Source: Lytechinus pictus (Eukaryota). Taken from it: DNA of 64,000 nt. The DNA lies in assembly GCF_037042905.1 (NCBI RefSeq), contig NC_087245.1, forward strand, positions 20,586,001 to 20,650,000. The letters are read 5' to 3'. A program made the position numbers and the translations under genes. The notes under the pieces were generated by a model, which was not told the origin of the DNA, made no database searches, and saw only the letters and a program-made list of their open reading frames with translations. Shown one piece after another: positions 51,106-64,000 of this stretch (position 1 is its first letter; each line of letters begins with the position of its first letter).

Positions 51106-52573
51106 CCTTCGGTGTGCGTTCCTGTTACAGCACCGTCTGTTATATGTACAGGGTATTCGCATAACACCCCTATTTATTTCTATACTATCAAAATATACCC
51201 TACGGTACCCCACCACCGCCCTTGCTTTCACAGGGCCAATTGATTCCTAACGAACAGCATTATCTTAACTAGCTATCATTGCCGTCTCCACCTGAACTTT
51301 CACTTCTTGTTATTTTGTTTTATCTGCCCATTTAACGAAATGATGATGATTATGATGGAGCTACACAAATTCAAGCAAGAATCATTTTACTGTTGAATAT
51401 CCTCGACGAAAAATACACAAAACCTTCGCTAACTTAACTGCTATCAACACTCTTAAAACCCCTTTTGGTTTCATTCGAATCGCACTCTTCTATTTTTAAG
51501 CTCCCACGACTTTTGACTTCTTCCGATAAAATCCAACAACTGTTACCAAAACATGTAATTTGTGTTGATCAAATGGCCTCTTCATTTCCCACAGTCGGTT
51601 GCTGGTGCGGGTCCGGGAGGCTTTGTATAAAATGAAGAGAGTATCCCCACACACACACACACATACACACACATGGGATAATGATACGTTCAGGATCAGG
51701 TTCATATGTTTTCCTCCAAATGGCCATGACTTTAATATAGCTCTCAAGCCTCTCAATGAAAAGCAATTTTATCAGGATCATATTTTTTTTATAAACCGAC
51801 TCCCTGTATTCATATAAGGCTTAGTTTTTCCCCTTAGGTATGCCGTAGAAATTTGTCATGATGGGATATTGGAGGTTCCTTTGAGTTTTAATTATTAATC
51901 TCAATATAGGTGTTTTGTTTTTATCCTATGATTGAAACTTTAGTCATCAGACATTCAGAGGGAAAGAAACTTGATCCAATGGATACCAATCACCGACCCT
52001 TGATTTTTTTTCAATGACAAAAAAAATCAATTGATGTCAGTTGATTATCTGTACATTTCCTGTTGATTGTTTCGATGATGGACAGAATGACCATTTTATT
52101 GTGTAAATTTCCCATGATACCAGTTTTAAACAGGTTCTTACATAATCCAGTGGCGGTGCTACAGGGACAGGGGTGCCCGCCTTTGTATTTTTTTTTATAA
52201 GAGTTGAACAAAAAGAAAGAAAAAAGCGAGAAAGAAGAAAGAAGAAATAAATATATTACAAGGGAAGATATAGGTAATGTAACTCTATACTAGCCCTTTT
52301 ATGAAATGTAGGAGAAAAGCCCTCTATATATATCTTAATATGGGGATGGAAATAATCGTTCTAAAATATCAACGGATATTGATACAGACAGCAAAGTGCA
52401 AATGGCAGGGACAGAATAACTATCTGTTCCGAAATGTTACCTCATATACCTGCTTCCTGACTTAAGAAATAAAAATCGCTTCATGCATAATAGTTTGTCT
52501 CGGCGCCATAGAAGGACGGGATGAGATAACCCCAATACATTTTAAAGTGCTAAAAATTAGAGAAAATATTATA

Positions 52574-53563
52574 CAGTGCGTATAAAAAAAAGTTTACACT
52601 TTGAAAAAGCCCTGGGAATTAAATAATATACAACATGTGGGTAATTTTTTCATATACATTCTTGGGTTTGGGTCTCATCTATTCAATGAAAGTAAAAGTT
52701 TTGACAGAATGTTACACTTGAGTGAGCACTGTCCGTTTTTGTAAAGCTCGCAGAAATTTGTTTGCGCAGAAATGCTCGTTTTCACGCTGTGTCAAAGGGA
52801 AAGGGCGAAATCAAACTTACCCTGCGAAACATTTCTTATACATTTCCCTTGCACTTTTAGTCAAATGAAATAAAACGGATACATTCAAGAATTTTGTAAC
52901 AACTTTGCCACCCATATTGAAATTTCAACACTTAGTAAGCACAACCTTTATCCTTGTTGTGCCAGCTGGATCTGAGGACATAACTGAATCTGAACAAAAA
53001 TTTATATCATAATCAGACATCTCCAGCATTTATTCACTAAGTTTTTATTATTTAAAGTGGGTTTGCATTTCATTTTTCATTTAATACTTGTTTTTCCACA
53101 CTTTTCCCAAGCTTGACAATGATTAACAAAATGAAAATCAAGCCTAAGCCATTTCATGTAAATCACAGCTCAGTGTAAAACAAATATTGTCACGATTGCC
53201 TCGGTGTGTGGGGGAGTGGGGTGGGGCGCAATGCACTCTTCAAAGTGTTTTGGGCGAGGAAACAAGTTAAAAAAGGTAAATGATATCTTCAAATCAATTT
53301 TACTAGCTAAATTCCATGTGTTCTTCATGATTAAGGTCTACTTTTATTCGCATAACTATTTCAAAGTTCTGCGCAAATCATTTTTCACTAACTTTTCAAA
53401 AGTAAGTGGTGCTAACTCAAGTGGAAATATTTTTCGACAGTTATATCGTCATTTGCTTAAATGGATCTGTACCAATGTTAAAATGTGGAAAAATCTTCAG
53501 GATATTACAAATGTATAATTCTACAGAATTTTTCTAAGTGTAAACTTTGTTTGATACGCACTG
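52574..53563. mobile_element. Tc1/mariner-type MITE (990 bp)
   Basis: TA|cagtgcgtat.aaa.aaagtttacactt ... aagtgtaaacttt.tttgatacgcactg|TA. Confidence 0.85.
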
Positions 53564-53624
53564 TAGAAAGAGAGGAGAGTCGAAAGATTTTTCCGGGACG
53601 TGTAAGAATATCAAATCCTTATTT

Positions 53625-54449
53625 GAAGAGTTTGGTTGCAAAAGGGTTAGGTCCCCTTTGGACATTCCGAGAAAAATCACGTTTTTTATTGTCACTTATT
53701 GCAATATTCTTATGAGAAACTAAATTGTCATGATGTACCGCCCTATCATGTGAACTTAAAATTGGGTATAAAAAGAAATCTACCTGTCTCCAATTTTAAT
53801 CTCTATACTTTTTTTGTAATTATCATTGTGGACCTCACCCGTTTTGCATGCAAACTGAAATGAATCCAATCTCTTTTGATTGAAAAAAAAAAATTGACAC
53901 TTTTATTCACGTTTTCATGTGAATTTCAAATTTTCTTTGGTATCATCAGAGCGACTAAAAATCTATAGGTTTTGAGACAGAAAACAATAAAATTTATGAA
54001 AAATGGACCTAACCCCTTTTGAAAAATTAGCTCTTCAGAAGAGGTTGGTTGCAAAAGGGTTTAGGTCCACTCCAAGAAAATCATTTTTTTATTCTACCAT
54101 ATTGCAATATTCTTATGCGAAACTTAATTTTCATGATACCCTACGATGTGAACATGAAATTGGGTATAAAAGAAATCTACCTGTCTTCATATTTTTTTTT
54201 AAATATTCTTTTCCCAAAAAATATATTTGTTGACCTAAGCCCTTTTGCAACCAAGCTGAAATGGACCTAACCCCTTTTGAAAAAAGTGATTTTTCTTTGC
54301 CACTTTTTTAACACTTTTTAATGGGAATTTCAACTTTTCTTTGGTATCATGTGAAAGAGTTACTAAAAATCTATACATTGAGACCCCCCAAAAAAAAAAT
54401 CAAATGTGATGGAAAAATAGACCTAACCTCTTTTGCAACTGAGCTCTTC
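53625..54449. mobile_element. Head-to-tail dimer of a ~412-bp TIR element
   Basis: Units 53625-54036 and 54038-54449, each GAAGAG..ttgcaaaagggttaggtc ... gacctaacc..tttg...CTCTTC. ATTT flanks the whole dimer on both sides. Confidence 0.75.
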
Positions 54450-54619
54450 ATTTTCGAAATTAAGTAATGAAGTCATATGTAGATCCCCCATCAGACGTTG
54501 CCCCAGACACACTACATCCAAACATACTGACTGTATCTGTGATAGAATTTATAATGTCAGGAGCTGGGCAGAAACCATATGAGGCGCCGATTGTGCCACT
54601 ATTATATAGAACAATTATT

Positions 54620-55720
54620 TGTTATATAATCATTATTTATTAAATAATAACTATTATTTATATATAATTTACATTTTATTTGTAAATAACTACTATTATA
54701 TAAAATAGCATTTCTAATTATTTATATATAATTCCAAGTAATACTTCATTATTTGTAAATAATAATAGTTCGACATTCCATTATTTATAAATAATGATTA
54801 TTTGTTTTTCATTATTTATAAATAATGATTATTTATTTTTCATTATTTATAAATAATGATTATTTGTTTTTCATTATTTACAAATAATGATTATTTGTTT
54901 TTCATTATTTATAAATAATGATTATTTGTTTTTCATTATATATAGATAATGATTATTTGTTTTTCATTATTTATAAATAATGATTATTTGTTTTTCATTA
55001 TTTATAAATAATGATTATTTGTTTTTTATTATTTATGAATAATGATTTTCGTTTTTCATTATTTATAAATAATGATTATTTGTATATAAATAATGATTAT
55101 TTGTATATAATGCCAAACTGTTAAAATTGTTTATAAATAATGATTATTTATAAATAATGCGATATTGAAACAAAATTGTTATTCATAAATTATGAAACAC
55201 GATGAATTTTCATTATTTATAAATAATGAGGTAGATAATTCATTATTTAACAAATAATGGAAAACTCGAACATTAAATAATGATTATTTATAAATAATGG
55301 GATATTGAAACAAAATTGTTATATATGAATAATGAAACACGATGAATTTTCATTATTTATAAATAATGAGGTAGATAATTTATTATTTAACAAATAATCT
55401 TTATTTATAAATAATGGAAACTCGAACATTAAATAATGATTATTTATAAATAATGAGAATAATGGTGCACTCGAAAAAATTATTTATAAATAATGAAGTA
55501 GACGTTTTCATTATTTAACAAATAATCATTATTTATAAATAATGGAAAACTCAACAAATTATTTATAAATAAAGAAATGTGCACTGGCATTGTTAATAAA
55601 TAATTATTATTTATAAATAATAGAAAACTTATTTATAAATAATGGAAAAACGAATTGCAATTATTTATAAATAATGAAGTATGTAGTGTCATTATTTATA
55701 AATAATGAAGTATGTAGTGT
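54620..55720. repeat. AT-rich minisatellite built on the palindrome CATTATTTATAAATAATG
   Basis: About ten 31-bp units at 54779-55090, plus many dispersed copies of the 18-bp palindrome. Confidence 0.9.
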
Positions 55721-58700
55721 CATCCTTAATTCGAACAAATTTCTTAAACTTTTATACATTATGCACATCATGAAATATTATTCTAAGACACTGCATCGTA
55801 CCAGATGAGTTTAACAAACAAATATCAGAGAAAAAACTTATAAAAGTATATGTGTTGTATATCGATTATAGGGTATAATTAATTGGGAAATCAGCACCAT
55901 GATAAAAATCTCAGCTGTTTATTATATACGGTGCACCGATACAACCGACTCCAAACGAACGGATGTTACGCCATTAGAATAACGTAAAGACTCCAAAACG
56001 AACAGATTTTGTGCCTGAATGTGAAAAAGTGACTCCACTTTGGAAATATGTTACAAATTCATTAGAACGTAAAGACAATGTTATTAATCTTACGAATTTT
56101 GAAAAACTGTTTGGTATAATAACTGATAAGTTTGTAATTTACATTTTCTTGAATGTGAAATATTACATATATATTTGTAAATTTAGAGGTGACACTCCAA
56201 ATGTTGAATCCTTTAAGAATTTCATCAAATCTCAAAGGGAAACTGAATAGTATATATGGCCAAAAAAAAAGAAACAATCTCGCTGTACATAAAAAAAATG
56301 GAGATTTGAGCTTTGAAGAAGTTCACTTGTAAAACATGTTGAATTTTTTTTTATACCCCGCAAGTACAGGTTAATATTTTGCCACGGCTCATTACCTGAT
56401 ATATTGGTTGTACGTATGTGTTCAGATTTTAATTGTTTTAGTTTGTTCTGGATTATGTTACTTGTCACTTTTTTTTTCTTTTTTCTTTATCAATGTTGTT
56501 GTTTTATTTTTGTTTGTTTGATTACGATCATGTCTAATTATGTAAATATTGTGATTTTTTGTAATTGATTATTTATGAAAACAATAAAAACATAATAAAA
56601 AAAAAATGATATAGAACCACTATACTTGCATTTTGCTGACTGAACACAAAGTGGGGGCATATTTCATGTTTCAACTTGCATCCATTGTGCAGAAGGGTTC
56701 TGGAAGAAGTGAAGATATCACCAATTTAGTATATATAAAAAGAAAAATCTTGTTCTTGGAAAGTGAGTATATGCATCCTCTCTGGTAGCCGGGGCCTATG
56801 TATGATGTTGGAAGGAAATCGGTACTCTGGATAGAGCGGTCGCGGACATCCGGTATAAAAACATCTGTTTGCATATTGCTTTTCTCATCTTTGTAGTGAC
56901 CTTGTGCCCTATTGTGTATATGATCTGTTGTTTCAGTATCCTATTTTTACCATCTGTTATATAAAACATGAATAATACCAGGATGTCCTACAAAAAAAAA
57001 AAAAAACTCATTGATGGCTCTGACCATGGACCCTACCATGCTCTGGCCACTGAACTGGAAATACGTATTTCCAGTTCAGTGGCTCTGGCGTAACAGGCGT
57101 AATAAATAAATAGCGCCAGCTCAAGTCCTCAACTGCTAACATCTGACTAGATATCACGGGCCTAAAACATTTCCCATAGACTCGTGCATTAAAGTGGCAC
57201 TTTAAAAAAAAATCATAAAAAATAAGCATGAAATTCGAGGATTGAATGTTTACTACCAGTGGATAGGATATATGTCTGACATTCTGTATCTGACCAGAGA
57301 AGGATACCTCGACCTGCTCATTTTAAAAATAAATCGGCATTTTTTAAGACTACACCTGACAGGATCAAATTCGTCACTTGAGACAGTAAAATGGCTCTAA
57401 TTCTTCCGCCAGTAAAGAATAGTTCCAAAGGGGTGGTAAATCTTCCAAATTTGGAAAAAGGAAGTTCAGTAGCTATACCCTCCCTATAGAATCAGTGTTA
57501 GGTTGTCAATCGTATTCATTCATTTTTGTCAATCAGCAATATCAAATTTTAAAAATTGAGAATGGGTTGGCTCGAATGAATATCTTTGGCCTACAAGTTG
57601 TAATTAGGCCCGTGTAACCGCTAGCAATGCCATAATGCAACATTCTGAGATGTCTATCTTTGTTATATGGGCCCACTTGAATGATAGCATACTAATTTAC
57701 CACTCAATACATACCACACTGATTATGTTAATTGTGTTACCAAGAATAGCAAAACAAATTCTTTCCACTCAAAACATTTTAGCGCTCTGTAGGAATAAAA
57801 TCATAGGCTAATTGATTTTCAGTATTACTAACGGTTATCTCAAAATGTATATTTTAAGACTAGTTATTTCTTATACACAGTCAATGATAGACCACACAAA
57901 ATGCTGGTTAGTTCGCCCCCTCTGAGTTCATTTCAGATATGTTTAATATATTTTTAAAATCTGGTTAAAAGTCTTGATAACTGGTTTATTTGTTTCTCCA
58001 CACACTCCCCCCCCCCCATCTTCTTCGTACAATTTCAAGCATAACAGAAAACTAGAGCCTCCATGCAGTTCACGTCTACGATGAAAGCATATAACTCGCA
58101 ACATGGCACCACTTGGGTCGAGGGGGGGGGGGGCTTGAGGGGATGCGTGGATTAGGAGTAGATTTATTATTTCAATCACCTTTTTCCTCTTGTATCCCAA
58201 ATTGCATGATGTTTATTTTTCGAAACACAATTAACCATGCTAAAAAATGTCTTGGAGAAGAAAGAATAGGGAAACAGGACAAACGTATATTCGAAAATAA
58301 TTATGTTATTAACTCCACAGATCTGAAAGTGCATTATTGATATATATATACTGTATATATATATATAGAGAGAGAAAGAGAAATGACGAGAGAGTCAGAA
58401 AAGGGAAGGACAAATATTTTATTATTCTGAAGTCGGATTCAATTCAAACTCACGTCTTAAGTCGTAGTTTGGATAGCTGATCGTGACATAAATCTCTTAC
58501 AGTAGAGGATCAACGAATCAGCTCATAATGACTTTCAAATCATTCTTAAAAGTATGGGAAGCATAAATAAGATACATGTAATTGTCCTCACTTTTAACGA
58601 ATGAGGAAAGAGCATAGCAAACATAAGAAGCATACAATGTAAACAAAATCTTGATATATTTGGCTCCCATAATTTTAGCACAGATTTAGATCAAAGTCTA

Positions 58701-60720
58701 AGTTAAGCCCGACTTCAGAATACGGATCAGAGAGCGAAAGAAGGAGAGAGTGTAAGATGACATTGATCAACATGGCGATGGTCAGACATCCTTTGGTCTC
58801 CATATCCATTATTGATTATCAGTCTTTCTCTTTCATTTCTGATGCGTGTAAGATATCTTGTCAAGGCTGTTGTTCTGCTCTGTCACGTACGTGTGATGTC
58901 AAAAATTGACTTAATAATACCTGTCGAGAAAAATATGATCGTAATAAGCAAACACGGCTAAAACAACTCTATCTTTCGATCCAGCAGTCCATTTCTTTCA
59001 TTCAGAAGGCCCTACTTAAATTCTTCATTTTAACAGTCATCATAACTAGACCATCTTGAGGAAGAAGACCCTTAATGATTTGGAAGTTTGAGGCTATTTC
59101 CGATGTCCTGAAAAAAGTTTGGACTTCGTATTTCTAATGCTATATCATTACGACGACCTCATTTGGAAGGTGAGTAAACTAGACCTTTTCCTCGCAGTTT
59201 GAATTTCACACAATTGGAAATTATGTTTCCTTGTCCACTCTCTGTCTGATGAAAAATGAGTTCAGGATTTGGGTTAGATCGAGCAATTATAATTATATGA
59301 TTTTTTAATACATTCTCCTTTAATTTTCCCTATGTATCTAGTGCAAATATGTGGGTTGTTTTTTAATATGAATATAGAACAAAAGTGTAGTTTGTCAATA
59401 TGATGTGATCAGCTGTAAATCTGGCTAATCAAGATAACCTTTAGTTTTGTTCATGTATTCATACTGTTATGTGTATTGTAGTAGCCAGTGGTGTGTGCAA
59501 AAAAATTAAGGGACCAAAATGTGGCGGATTGAGCAAAGGCTAAAATCTAATATTGGGATAGATTTTGACATGATATTCAGAAAGAAGTATAATGTTGCAC
59601 TCTTTCCCTTTATCTCATTGTACAAGCCTTTTTAATTTACGAATTGAATTTCATTGATCAAAGATATACTTTAATTAACTATTTATTGCAGGGAACCCAT
59701 ACTAACAAGCTTTGCTTTCCAGTGGGTTCCCTTTTTTAATTTCTGTATATTATATTTTTGGTGTTTTGCTATACATTGTAACTTTTGTTAAATTTTGGAA
59801 TAAAAAAGAATAAATGCAATCAATCAATCTTCTCTCTTTTTCTTTTGGGACCATTGCCCCCGTCTGTATGCCATTGCAGAAGCAGTAGCATTTGTTTTCT
59901 TTAGAGATTCTGCTAGGAGTCTAATTAAGGATCTAATTTGGTTATCTTATCGTGAGAATAGGTCAATATCATGATTAGATAAAAAACGGAAAGGGGTAAA
60001 TAGTTTCTGGGATATATGCTAACAGCGAACTATATATGAGTCACGAATACTGTTCGGATGACGTTTAAAGGTTTGCATGGCATGGCCCTGTATGGGAAGC
60101 GGGGTGCTGGGGGGGCGGGGGTCTGCGTGTATTATTCACCATAGGCAGCACCCCCTGGAAATCTGGTAGTTAGGCAAAATAGCAGAAATGTCATCAAAAT
60201 CAGCTTCATTTGGTATCGAAAACCCTCTTTTGTTTGTTATTTTTTGTTTTGTTTTATTTGTTTTGTTTTTTTGCATGTCAAATCAAATTTGATTGATTGA
60301 TTCGATTTATTGTTTTCTTCTGCATTCGTATACAATAACAATTTTTATTACGTAACTAACATAACATATCGGTAATTGATTTGGCTTGGATCATAAAGAA
60401 AAAAAGTAAATAAAAAAGTCATTATAAACAAATATGATCTACTACTAACAAACAGATTTTAACATTTACAGTTTGCAGGAGCATCGTCATTATAAGCAGA
60501 TTGCTTGAAAAAAAATCCTTGGAACAAAATCACTTCCATTTTCTATAGTGAACCTTTTTTTCTTGCTTGCTCGACAAATTTAAACCAGCAGGTCCCCCGT
60601 TAAAATCCATTCCCAGGGCCCTGCTGCATGGCGGTGTGAACATGTGTATAGTCCCTGAATGGGTTGAGATAAAAGTGGATAGAGGTAGAAATTAAATGGA
60701 GAGGCGAGAAAGTGGAGGTT

Positions 60721-61120
60721 CAGGGTTCCCAGCCCATCAGGGAAAATTATTTTACTTTTTTTTTCCAGTCAGGGAAAAGTCAGGGAATTTTGATTGGCCC
60801 AAAAGTCGAAAGCGCTTACGGTAGTCAGTCAGACTGTTATATTTTGTTGCATATCAAAACAACATCCAGACGGGTTAAGGTGGTTATGGGGTATGGTGGA
60901 TGGCTGTATGGGGAGAAGGGAGGTCATTTATACATGCCTGTGTAATAGTACTAATTAGTTTTGCATTATTGTTTTTTATACTGAAAATACGTGTAATTCA
61001 CTGCAACAACTTAGAAAACATGCAAAAATGGGAGTGGGTTCAAATAATTAACAGGGAAGTTTTAAACTTCATCAGGGAAAAATCAGGGAATTTTGTTTTC
61101 TTGGAAAGCTGGGAACCCTG
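60721..61120. mobile_element. 400-bp MITE with 5-bp TSD
   Basis: TIR CAGGGTTCCCAGC, TSD AGGTT and tcagggaa subrepeats. Confidence 0.8.
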
Positions 61121-62410
61121 AGGTTAGAAAGTAAAGTATCTTTAGAAAATGACTACACTCATTTCCACGACGAATATTATTGTAGTAAAGAGAGAAACAA
61201 TGCTAGAAAAATGACTAGGGGGTGACAGCCGTTGCTATAAACAAGCGAAATGTTATGAGCAATGGGCGACTCTCATTATATTTTCAAGCTGAAATTGAAA
61301 GATATAGATGTAGATTAACTTTTTTACTAAAAATATACACCTTTTAATTTCCGTATTGGAAATTAGCCATCTCGGATTTACTGTCATGTCAAGGTATTTT
61401 GATTCTTCGTATTATATTTGTATTTATTACTTAATACCTGGTAAATAAAACTAATCAATCAATCTCGGGATAAACACTCACATTTTGGTACTTCATCTCC
61501 TGTTGATTAGTAAAATATTAAAAGATTGTATGAACATAATTGTCTAAAAGCACATCACCAGATCTCAAAATAAACATTTACTAAATTTCGGTCTATATTA
61601 TGTCTATTCATTTAATATGCAGAGTTGCTTGACTACCAAAACATTTGGAGGTAAATAAAAATCATGTAAGCTCGTCCCAGACTGACAAATTTATGGCAGG
61701 AAATCTGATTCTTAAGGGAAATGGTGGCCACCCGGGATTATTCCGAGCACATCTTCTTCTTGAACCCAGAGCAAACAATTATGTATTAACGTATGATTGA
61801 TAGAGCGCTACGACTGTTCCCAAAGCAAGCCCCTAAATCACTCGTTTATAGCCCCATCTTGTTAATATGCCTAAGTATGTGTTTTTCTGTATATAAACCA
61901 TTCGCTATGTATTTGGAAATAATGCTGAACATTAACTTAAGGATTCATAGTACCTTTCACATACCAAAGCTTTTTTTTTCTTTTGTGAATTCTCCGGTAT
62001 CAGTCCGTGTACTTTTAAGGGATCACGTATACATGTGAGTTGACAGTATTACCAATAAAGTAATTTCATTACATCAGTGGGGATATACAAATATTTGATT
62101 GATTTATTTGTGATCACGAATTAATTTCGATATGTCTATCACTTTCCCCACCGAATTCACGATACATTTCCTCTAATTATTGGCGTTGTGTAAAGAAAAA
62201 TGAACCGATGCTGGCTGGAATAATTAAGCGCTTTGTTTGCTGGTTATAGATTTGACCCCTGTATATCTTCGGCTATTAAGCCAAACATTGCCATGCATAT
62301 AGGCATAGGTAGGTGTGTTCTGACTGTCGTGGCGTCACTTTGGTTATGTATCACCTGTGCAGTTCCACTCAAGCCCGCACATAACTTTCTGGGAGTTCTT
62401 TAATACTCTA

Positions 62411-64000
62411 CAGTGCGTATCAAAAAAAAGTTTACACTTTGAAAAAGCCCTGGGAATTAAAAGATATAAAACATGTGGGTAATTTATTCACATATAATCT
62501 TGGGTAGGGTCTCATCTATCCAACAGTCAGTCCGCAAGCCCTGAAAAAGTAGCTTCCTTTATCCAAGTGATATTCATGACAAGAGGGTTTTTGCATAGTT
62601 AATGAGCTTGGTGCGAACCAAAACACCTCTTTTTATTCGGCCATTGCTGCTCTAAATATTGACCAAATTTCATGTTTTTGGTATCTTTGTAAAGAAGAAG
62701 AATCATTCATTTAGGTCATGTGTTTGGATTTTTAAAAAAAGGTTGTAATATAGGAAAAACTTTTGATTTAAAACATGAAACAAAATATTTTTTTCATGCA
62801 ACAAAAGTTGTTGTTTTTACACTTAATTTCTGTTTAGGCACAACTGATTTTTAAATCATGATAAAGCTGAAGATCTAAGCTTTAATATGATATAATTTTT
62901 ATAAGAAGATGTATTTTAGATGGGTCAGCAGCCAGCTTTTCATAGGCCAGGTACATTTTGCAGCTCAAAAACAAGAATACTGCGCTCTGATTGGTCATAG
63001 ACCACACACCCACGCAAATTCCAATGTTCCCCACACTGGGCCTCTGCAAGGTCACACTCACCATGTGGTAATCTCGTCAAATTACCCGCGCCTGTTTGTT
63101 TTGAAAACAGTATTCAGCCAATCAGAACTCTGGATTTTATGTTACTCAGAAATTTCTGAAATCTCGTCTTGCATCTTGATGGAAATAACTGGCTGCTGAC
63201 CCATCTAAAAGATGCCACATATCAAGAGTGACTTTGTAAGAAAGTATAGAGTTTGAGCTTTCTGATGATATAAATAATGTTGGTGCCTAAAACACAAAAT
63301 GTTGCACAATTTGCAAGTGAAAACAGAGGAAGAAAATTATGTTTGATGCATCTTTTCAGGTAAAAAATTCACTTATTTATCAAAATATTTCATTCAAAAG
63401 AAATGACTAATATAAAAGGGTAACATTTACTCTTGCCCATGGTACAAAAATAATCAATATTACTCAAGGAGAAAGTGGTTAAATTCTTTGAGAAAGAAAG
63501 TCTCACAATTCACGAGATTTTGCAGGGACATGAATTCAGCCACGAGAGGACTTGGATAAATCTTGCTCATTTGCTCATTAACACAGGGGCTTGCGGACTG
63601 ACTGCCAATGAAAGTAAAAGTTTTGACAGAATGTTACACTTGAGTGAGCACTGTCCATTTTTGTAAAGCTCGCAGAAATCTGTTTGCGCAGAAATGCTGG
63701 TTTTCACGCTGTGTCAAGGGGAAAGGGCGAAATCAAACTTACCCTGCGAAACATTTCTCATAAAATTCCCTTGCACTTTTAGTCGATTCAAATAAAACCG
63801 ATACATTCAAGCATTTTGTAACAATTTTGCCACCCAAATTGAAATTTCAACACTTAGTAAGCACTACCTTTACCCTTTTTGTGCCAACTGGATCTGAGGA
63901 CTTAACTGAATCTGAACAAAAACTTATAACAGACATCTCAAGCATTTTATCACTACGTTTTTATCATTTAAAATGGGTTTACATTTCATTTTTCATTTAA
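62411..64000. mobile_element. Second copy of the 52574 Tc1/mariner-type MITE, interrupted and running off the window
   Basis: Colinear with 52574 onward before 62523 and again after 63605. Confidence 0.85.
62524..63604. mobile_element. 1.08-kb TIR element with 4-bp TSD
   Basis: Perfect 18-bp TIR CAGTCAGTCCGCAAGCCC and TSD CCAA (62520-62523, 63605-63608). An empty site is visible in the sister MITE near 52683. Confidence 0.88.

Overview
AT-rich, repeat-dense animal genomic DNA. The repeat families and genes suggest a sea urchin or other echinoderm, but this is an inference. Three spliced protein-coding genes can be rebuilt with consistent GT-AG phases. (1) On the + strand, a JmjC/cupin-type 2-oxoglutarate oxygenase with six exons between 2539 and 15491; its first coding exon was not found. 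(2, 3) On the - strand, two tandem secreted ependymin-related (EPDR) genes with identical three-exon structure: B at 45038-40618 (388 aa) and A at 35838-27518 (620 aa). The two share a similar ependymin core but have unrelated extensions of opposite charge. A ends in a ~256-aa acidic Ser-Gly/Trp repeat resembling a glycosaminoglycan-attachment domain. B ends in a 115-aa Arg-rich tail with dibasic sites. The last JmjC intron holds a young, 5'-truncated Penelope-like retroelement. It has RT-thumb and GIY-YIG coding sequence, 281-bp inverted pLTRs each carrying a U3-A8 variant minimal hammerhead ribozyme, and a 14-bp TSD, and it is nested in a Helentron-like repeat. The rest is tRNA-derived SINEs, L2/CR1 relics, many non-autonomous DNA transposons (often nested, with readable TIRs and TSDs) and a palindromic AT-rich minisatellite.
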